Source: Candidatus Omnitrophota bacterium
GTDB taxonomy: Bacteria > Omnitrophota > Gorgyraeia > 2-02-FULL-51-18
Assembly (NCBI GenBank): GCA_945877765.1
Contig: CAMDWQ010000009.1
Span: 7,409-71,408, forward strand
Reading direction: 5' to 3'
DNA: 64,000 bases
A program made the position numbers and the translations under genes. A model generated the notes under the pieces. That model did no database searches. It had not been told where the DNA came from and saw nothing but the letters and a program-made list of their open reading frames with translations. Below are positions 60,001 to 64,000 of the stretch, one piece after another (positions within the stretch are counted from its first letter, which is position 1; every line of letters starts with the position of its first letter).

Positions 60001-63000
60001 CGGATGTCTTGAGCGCTAATTTTATTTTTAAGAAGATTATTCAAAATACCTACGCTTCTTTGAACAACCACACGTCGTGTGCCTCCGTCCATTTGCCAAT
60101 CCAAATCATAAGAAATGAGCGTTATCTTTTTTTGTCGTAAACTGGCGGCAAGCTCTTTTCTGGATTTGCCATTCAAAGGAAATGAGATGTAAGAGAATCC
60201 CCCGATTTTCCTAAATTCCTCTGCCTTGATGTCCTTCCATTCGATTTTTACCACGAAAGATCTGCCTTTTTCACCTTGAAGAGATTTAGCGGCAAAAACA
60301 ATGTAATCCCCGCCCTGCCCAAGGTAGTTGAGCCCTTCAGGCACTCTGGAAAGAGATACTTTTTTTTGTTTTCTTGGTGCAACAAGAACCTCTCCAAACC
60401 ATCTGCGAAGCATCGCGGTATCTACACCAGCAAGAGCTTTCTGCAGCCCTTCGATGATTGCTTGGGCTTGCCTTGGGTCAGAGGGGGCATTGGCTGGATC
60501 AGACCAACTTACCTCCGCCAACCTCGCCCCGGCGCCCTTTTCATTTCCACCAAACTTTTTAGGAATGGGGACCGAGACCATTCGCCTTTTTTTTGGATCT
60601 TTTCCAACCCTGTAGGTGTGTTCAAAAGATCTTACTGTCGGTTTCTGTCCATCATGATCCACGCGAAGACTATAAATACCTCGGTTTTGGTTGACCGCAC
60701 TGGCATCTAGGACAAACTGCAGGTATTGATTGCCTTTCAAGGATACGTTATTCAGAATTGCGGCCATCGCTGAGGACGTTCTTTTTGGGTTAATGAACAG
60801 GTGTAAATTTTGGGCAGGCACTATTTTGTGTAAAACTCCTGGCAGAACGTCTCCGGAAACCACGATTGGAGAGAGCTTCTTATTTTCTCTTCTTAGTGAT
60901 TTGACAAACTTGCTTAAATGCTCAAAACTTTGCTTTTTCAGCCGCACCATATCTCTAGAAGCACCGTTAAGTTTCATTTTTTTCGGATCTGTTCTGTCTG
61001 ACCACACATCCTCCTGGTACCAATCAGAGCCCTTAACATCTCCTCTTGGGCTATTGGCATGTATCAGCACGATATCGGCTTCATCGTCAGAGGTTGTCTC
61101 AAAACGGACTATTGTCGATAAATGCATCAGCACTTCCCGCAGTTGATTTTGCAGACGCTCCCGTGGTAGCCCTCGATGCATTGATTCGTTTTGAATCAAC
61201 AATTCTAGATCCACTCCTTGATTGTGCTCCTTATTATTATCAGATATGTCCATTTTACCAACAGGTTCATTCCCGCTAACATGCGCCGCCTCATGATCCG
61301 CTAAGACCATATGAACATTTTCAGGAGCTTGGTTCATCAGGTACAAAATAGCCAAATGCGCCCTGAAGCTATTCCAGTAGTTGGCGTCGGTCATACGAAT
61401 GGAGGGGTGCAGAATATCGCCCACGAAAAATATTTTTGCCTTACCCGATAAGATGTCGTCCAAGATTGGGATGATTCTGGCTTTAAGACTCTGCGATTGG
61501 CCATGAATATCCCCGATAAATAGGGAATACTCGGAATCAGCCTGAGAGACACTTCTTAGGGCTTTGCCTTGGTGTTGGGTCACACTTGGAAACTCACCAA
61601 TTTCAATGGCTTCGGCAGTGGTTGCCGCGTCTTTTAAAATTTGAAGGGCTTTTTTAAGATCAAGTGAGGAGTGGCCGTTGGCATCCAATTTTTCAGGCGT
61701 GAGAAGTAGGAGGAGTTCATTTCTTGTTTCATCCCTATCTGCCAACCGAGTCCCGGAAGAACGAGCAGTCAAAATTGCCCTGCTCTTGAGAATGGGCTGT
61801 TCAAGGTCATTCAAGTCGAGCTCATAATCATAGCCAAGGCGGTCGTGAAGAAGGCGCACCATGCGGCCAGCAATCGAGAACCTAGATTTAAGCCATACAA
61901 AATGGTCCCCACGCGCCTTACGCCGGGCCTCGATGGTCTTGTCCGCGTGTACGTAAAGCGTGCGCGCCATGGGACGCAGTGATCGAAAAAGCGGTGCCGA
62001 AGAGGAACCCACCACCACGAAGAACGTATCCCGATTAGCCTCCAAAGAAATAGTGTGGATCCCATTCAATTCGTCATGGAGTGGCGCGGCATCAATCTGG
62101 ATAGTTTTCCATCCGAAATTGGTAAGCCTCTTCATCCGGAAGATTATTTCTCGCACAGTAGACATTTGCATGTCGATATGAATGATAAAGTCTTCAAAAA
62201 AACCTAGCGGCATGTAATAAATACCGGGGAAATTTAAAATAAAAAACTGAAAAAGCGAAAAAATCTGCCACACGAAGCCCTTGTGGTACAACCAGTCCGT
62301 CTCAATGACACGCGCAGGCACAAACTTGACATTCTCTCCTTCTTTGCCAAAATGATCGGCAAGATTCTTGGCAAAGGTCGACTTTCCTGAGCCTGGAACA
62401 CCGTCAATGATCAAGAGCCGGTAAACACCATTCCTAACCTCCTCAGGCGTCGGGCGAAGAGCATCGTAAATAGCCGGATAGGTGTCTGCTACAAACTCGA
62501 ACTTCTCCTGTTGTTTCACACCTTGGAATTGTGAAGCGGTGTTTTCCGCCAGCCGGGCGCCCTCGCTATGTGATTTTAAGGCGATCTGGGCCGCTCTTTC
62601 AATAGCGCCTCTACCCAACCTGGAGTACCGTTCTTGTTTTTCTTCATCTTCAGTTGCAGAAAAAAGAATTCCATATATTTGACCTAAGGCCAACAGAATG
62701 GGTCTCGAATTTTGAGGATCAATTCCGACTGCTTTTTCGTAAGCAGTGATGGCCTCCTCAAAGCGCCCTTGAGCAGCATAAACGTTGCCTAAGACTCCCC
62801 AACCACCGTGTGATAGTGGATTCCATTCCAAGCCGATGTTAAGAAGCATTTCGGCTGAGGCATACACTTTTGCCTCATAATACCGCAAGGCATTTTCAAA
62901 AAAAAGGATATGCGCAAAAGAAGCGCGCTCCACTCTCCAAAAATCTTCAAACAACTCAATAAAATATCCCACATCTTTAAACTTCAAATCATTATCGATG

Positions 63001-63998
63001 ACTTCCGTATGATCTAGAATACCCGCAATGTTGCTTGCCAAAAATGCGGACCCCTTCATATTGTCAGGAATATCTATCCGAGGGTCGTCCAAAACTCTAT
63101 CCATTTGAATCATCGAATCACTTGAACCTTTAAAGACCCCTGTTTGTTCTAATATCGCCCGCAAAGTGCGGTAATGCATCGCACCGCCGATATGAAGCAG
63201 CCGAAGCCAGCTGAGTCCCGGAGGTAACGCCAGAGGATCCGTATGACTGACTATCTGGAAAAGCTTCTGGCCCATCATCTTCCCTTGCACCACATCTCCC
63301 AAGAGAATATGAATCTGCGTCAGATAGCGCGAAACAATGATCGTATTTAGCAGCTCCTCATCCAATCCTATGGCTTTTAAATCCTTGCCGTACCTTTTTT
63401 TAATCCCTTCAATGACCTCTCGGTAGGATGGGTCCGGAGAATAATACAACACGAGCGGTTCGTGAATAGTGGGGCTATCATCAGAGTCCACCCAAAGAAT
63501 TTTATTTTCCTTCAAATCATTTATTTGTGAAGGACTCAGCGACAAACTTTCAAAAAGATCCTCTGCATTCATATCCTGTGCGTCCGGATCCTTATCCCCC
63601 CACCGAGCCATCAGCGGATTCTCTCCGTACAAAAGTATTCTTTCTGTTTTTTGGGACGCTGCTTCAAAATCCACGCCCATAAAATAACTACGCATCCGAT
63701 GCATTGCGTATCGCGTTGCCCTTGAAGCATTGACTCCATACAAGCGAGGCCAATCGCTTTCAGTCGAAAAAGGCATCATTTTATTTGCTTCTAAAAGAAT
63801 TGTTCCCCAGAGCTCATTTTTCTGAGCAACTGCAGACCCGCTCCCATCTTGCGCGAAACGCTTCACTGCTAGAGGGGGCAGCTCAATGCTCGCGGCGAAT
63901 ACACCTTGAAATAAATCGTTTAGTTCCTTATCGGTGAGCGCTCTTAAACCATGATGTTCGCCAACTGCATGATAAACATTGGCGAGAGTAACTCCCAC
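51090..63998 (-). CDS. Giant multidomain protein (at least 4302 aa, 5'-truncated by the window edge) built from motif-delimited enzyme modules
   Basis: Uninterrupted 12.9-kb frame that is open to the window edge; recognisable TPR, P-loop, metallophosphoesterase, kinase-like, NTase, PAS, MTase, JAB, GNAT and HATPase motifs. Confidence 0.9.
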   Translation of the reverse strand: MGVTLANVYHAVGEHHGLRALTDKELNDLFQGVFAASIELPPLAVKRFAQDGSGSAVAQKNELWGTILLEANKMMPFSTESDWPRLYGVNASRATRYAMHRMRSYFMGVDFEAASQKTERILLYGENPLMARWGDKDPDAQDMNAEDLFESLSLSPSQINDLKENKILWVDSDDSPTIHEPLVLYYSPDPSYREVIEGIKKRYGKDLKAIGLDEELLNTIIVSRYLTQIHILLGDVVQGKMMGQKLFQIVSHTDPLALPPGLSWLRLLHIGGAMHYRTLRAILEQTGVFKGSSDSMIQMDRVLDDPRIDIPDNMKGSAFLASNIAGILDHTEVIDNDLKFKDVGYFIELFEDFWRVERASFAHILFFENALRYYEAKVYASAEMLLNIGLEWNPLSHGGWGVLGNVYAAQGRFEEAITAYEKAVGIDPQNSRPILLALGQIYGILFSATEDEEKQERYSRLGRGAIERAAQIALKSHSEGARLAENTASQFQGVKQQEKFEFVADTYPAIYDALRPTPEEVRNGVYRLLIIDGVPGSGKSTFAKNLADHFGKEGENVKFVPARVIETDWLYHKGFVWQIFSLFQFFILNFPGIYYMPLGFFEDFIIHIDMQMSTVREIIFRMKRLTNFGWKTIQIDAAPLHDELNGIHTISLEANRDTFFVVVGSSSAPLFRSLRPMARTLYVHADKTIEARRKARGDHFVWLKSRFSIAGRMVRLLHDRLGYDYELDLNDLEQPILKSRAILTARSSGTRLADRDETRNELLLLLTPEKLDANGHSSLDLKKALQILKDAATTAEAIEIGEFPSVTQHQGKALRSVSQADSEYSLFIGDIHGQSQSLKARIIPILDDILSGKAKIFFVGDILHPSIRMTDANYWNSFRAHLAILYLMNQAPENVHMVLADHEAAHVSGNEPVGKMDISDNNKEHNQGVDLELLIQNESMHRGLPRERLQNQLREVLMHLSTIVRFETTSDDEADIVLIHANSPRGDVKGSDWYQEDVWSDRTDPKKMKLNGASRDMVRLKKQSFEHLSKFVKSLRRENKKLSPIVVSGDVLPGVLHKIVPAQNLHLFINPKRTSSAMAAILNNVSLKGNQYLQFVLDASAVNQNRGIYSLRVDHDGQKPTVRSFEHTYRVGKDPKKRRMVSVPIPKKFGGNEKGAGARLAEVSWSDPANAPSDPRQAQAIIEGLQKALAGVDTAMLRRWFGEVLVAPRKQKKVSLSRVPEGLNYLGQGGDYIVFAAKSLQGEKGRSFVVKIEWKDIKAEEFRKIGGFSYISFPLNGKSRKELAASLRQKKITLISYDLDWQMDGGTRRVVVQRSVGILNNLLKNKISAQDIRLFGQHQRSLMEKGFLDADPHLINSGVYDGRRVDLKNIRIIDDGFIYPTQEVDVQKDSYLTPFEFYIDQLTGEAAGLANNIQDAMPLYEEIFDHPTSTELKKIEEIFKKARSEKKIKLFLKTIRNKKNKPILNELRSKLRSPITLASLIARIEDDLRLKPIDRGRIDIDYGGMESMLINGQPSQFKQLKTMLELLLAAALGHSSKKERIQLRFHSNDQGLLNVDVTSPWHQPWFQRQKPVVDLVNNSPISTSANALGRAITVKEDAANSTATFSIHGIDLNSSASAARLASTAPTFGRSGKPASETFSPTDERLFDPENREINLRLLEQLIQQADKHARIGGSARYLRTGYAHMEERGFGKDDTGEWKWIANAPSVSRASRDIDVILRDDDLDTRASFIEAFLKILKQRKDVQAKSVHYQQTVGDFIELTFQASAAGESAVILPIDFPPAPLLNVLAQKIDEFGDADSREQSPGGFIRNYFAAEYTVGDPYIYEAMLSLFHSDMPSFLRSVAWKNRIPKLQALLRQTDQANILRRIKEKEKEPVLGTPLKADFKQFDDAAHPVFVTYYDELADPSSQVIIYINQAFLDAMRRSDGTNGDKKDWVGKTYVEKNPLDLANQYTDVDLEALQKERGEPLLKPERNESGDKPIIVDTAKLRFYDSEGKRVGVLGMFSPQISDAMNPDLKETLRRVLEAQKALTDQVAARLAESPSNKNELYNRYNSDGKAFFNRDAISPSVIDRSYRDKLKAIITAGQNKKLRILSIGSGPGIIEKELMEEPPGHVVHAIELNRRQALFTQIRRVPVLQQSAEDPFDLGDPFDVILLADSYGHMNPDKLIPNILGHLAKNGRIIITTLDTSHEEVLTDFKFIEYAIPTLESLTQAFGGFEVHQRERISFRNYQDWVIYEILRKKDSDAESGLHSTVSGDIGARLASAIPIDTEETESVLLISDSQEKVNRLRELILRHTPIIDAINAQRRQLSFLSFNSLYEIYRIDDKARLSLDDKSARIFTFNLRNGYFKNYRDELIMKYSIPTMLEKISISQEQFFGLDLIPENPGIETTPGDLFRHYGLGDAVNHLPLERRSSFYFNAQSWALDMVDETETATSAQTNFYFNLRGEWKGTVIRSESDFIGCLFEPAKNNPLVFGMHFHPNGNLYPSTVDITEISYSGAPEMIVSPSGEATVWFPKSLPFLQSFVGGSQWGVFSESENLVVEALVDKFFVRADLDLSSEQASIRNKGGARLAEEESLENTFALQITNLLSDLKEPYRHPIQTGDLLLIGPGKNAKEIISILIALPKMQSLTVIDLSDGMFEGMRNELSVWAGADDLKKALILKVNFIQSSLSDMTGSFDLIMSNSVIDETLPSFAGLPLVEMKFLILDIWVASIKQMLKPEGAYVTSTSIPDPFMRNGFSIRYYANEPTAFGDFIAVKNADYLIPVEDRGLPVNHELEVPLRASVFLAYLLDTIEWHLDYKVGRAYWFKTAQWEDVKAEVIMLVSHLTSRHLERMTSSQNDALRNLSSWQQISLRDVSNQNILLFGQQVTAAREEGVQIANSIPELERYQNEAEVLTKAKKIVQRIESLDARLNELRESMMAEYLKKVAEVMKPIDVIGKEYIEKIRKVVGVDKLEIFEFDDDANFSRGEALETILKLPEATTKEVLILGGGKGAGLLALGLALSEKSIRFLLLPEEREKAALLDRAAVELGIPPAQFSVEVVDFLKPGGLSYASEETRPSLVIVPDMGPVKDTRDRLRMVNESIPLTGGYLLAWQTIHADESNYGFGQNKDFFINQRTIDSSMRTSPNGRSLEDYQLIQVLPRSMRLSNSLRSNVEPRELLYLLKELAHGPDELHVTELVRQRLHDLAKYRTPVVLDSLLLALNDMDSDYRARVLSIAESVMRTIPPEKRFLFLTSLKKIRTNGEDAQHDLVGARLAISEEETARLVNFDHQSISDMNPAGRIVSIARKIKRNLGVSLFISQDNGVIADLSIQRNIMALPDRSSSTRLVARYPIGNTNVDAALNIMERFLADNDALYKYADNDRYAGYGDKFRKYVNEIEMICFQNDQSLIDNAFTGLLPHRFSIVKDGEKHDLVLERVGGKNILKAEEIQSLPPTGMEPLRIAELASRPSSISFVIRDDKGKLIAYFVGIIIIMDEQQRILGNASLARSDDYKGHALFKMLYHYALKAALSANLSKSTAQVGSIGRNSPLLPTLLNLGGTITSIDLYPSYPDLADVSSAANQELARINRITDDDERATLLKNFLKLYPTAAVVVTNDVAVALEHLSRESPAGQGSRVAATDEQSLSGDPNGARLATTPIWMPANEGELIWVYDQESHNLVQVRVDKINAAGNYIVVQTSNGPESPDWNKVSRILLENHPTPKDTIAIRGKTPILEQITMLFTKIEGGKVNLRFVVPDDSVQLPIIVRDKLLTKSNFSIQTRLVEYDKKKREEQTSSKALLEYVARNTKLIKIDLSSPVDKEALSDAIKNEQPLWIDLSHIEDRSRLSGHDAESSRFYYLARAIEDILIKENPGDHSAFGATYILKEMLRNALDHGNKRNYRLPIVIRIQFNRQERHLQKMEVLDTAFPEIEEYHPRGTFVNKEVKDFSFWEYHSIPLTFEGRGIGTSSYVEYRDAARLASEAPTRHLGALKATMQFAPTIYANGTIERHDRLVFAAQAIISARRDFVEGSLVIGDQTLRFTLDHDAKILRLYFEDSMEVVLRNYKAIITRNRKGQNIDATLMLSQDELLSQLELKNKLAEQTNKVRSLTESLITPESKFLIINLKGLMSQKKLPTDELFTHALVNAMHKATKFNVYFQIVGITPKNRKKIMDRAEALYPSQTFILKKAPSNIKSMKSASLEAMDPKNIRILSQDRLHLIIQVPTQRGFLNFDALIHGLIAEAEIGKEGIKHPRNQQRLREIFQALGSDVSAAAPVEFLNFVQGVGLTPDIVQRLAIHCLNVANIVSAYNMTARMAEQAA
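52113..62561 (-). repeat. Dispersed in-frame 15-bp [GA][AT]RLA linker motif, 10 copies
   Basis: 62547-62561, 61740-61754, 60516-60530, 59133-59147, 57882-57896, 57210-57224, 56280-56294, 54222-54236, 53085-53099, 52113-52127. Variants: GSRVA 53136-53150 and TARMA 51105-51119. Confidence 0.9.
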
Positions 63999-64000
63999 CC

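Noticed and set aside
52113-62561. GARLA DNA core as an integron attC/attI site
   Set aside because: GTTGGC does not fit GTTRRRY, no inverse core or attC hairpin is visible, and no integrase is in the window.
52113-62561. G|ARLAE as a prepilin-peptidase site (G|FTLxE spacing)
   Set aside because: Glu at +5 occurs in only 4/10 copies, Gly at -1 in 7/10, and no hydrophobic helix follows. It is kept only as a remote analogy.
63996-63998. GTG as the true start of the giant ORF
   Set aside because: The frame is open to the window edge, so the gene is almost certainly longer.

Overview
Bacterial chromosomal window, mostly minus-strand genes. The gene set (pilT, PilN-like, a giant modular ORF) suggests a PVC/Omnitrophota-like organism, which is an inference only. 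From left to right it holds: a partial alpha/beta-hydrolase, tatC, dxs-ispA-xseB-xseA, and ymdB/rny/5-formyl-THF cyclo-ligase interrupted by two toxin-antitoxin pairs. Next is a 10-kb sulfur-assimilation operon (cysD, cysN, cysH, NitT/SsuABC transporter, JAMM protease, ThiS::CysK and MoaD::NIL fusions, ThrC-like enzyme, Rrf2/CymR-like regulator). Then come pilT, an ArnT/GT39-like gene and its pseudogenised paralog, a DEAD-box helicase, an rluE-like gene, an N-terminally truncated Rho, hicB-hicA, RND+TolC, ParA/PilN-like, fadJ/fadI, recQ and a glycan cluster. Several families of short palindromic repeats are scattered between genes. The main discovery candidate is the 5'-truncated ORF of at least 4302 aa (51090..>63998). 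It is a string of unrelated enzyme/signalling domains (TPR, P-loop kinase, metallophosphoesterase, protein-kinase-like, nucleotidyltransferase+PAS, methyltransferases, JAB, GNAT, HATPase). Each segment is bounded by the same 5-residue motif [GA][AT]RLA, found 10 times, whose DNA core CGGTTGGC is also conserved at synonymous sites. This suggests a cassette-built, possibly proteolytically processed effector polyprotein. All domain calls are from motifs read by eye; no database searches were run.
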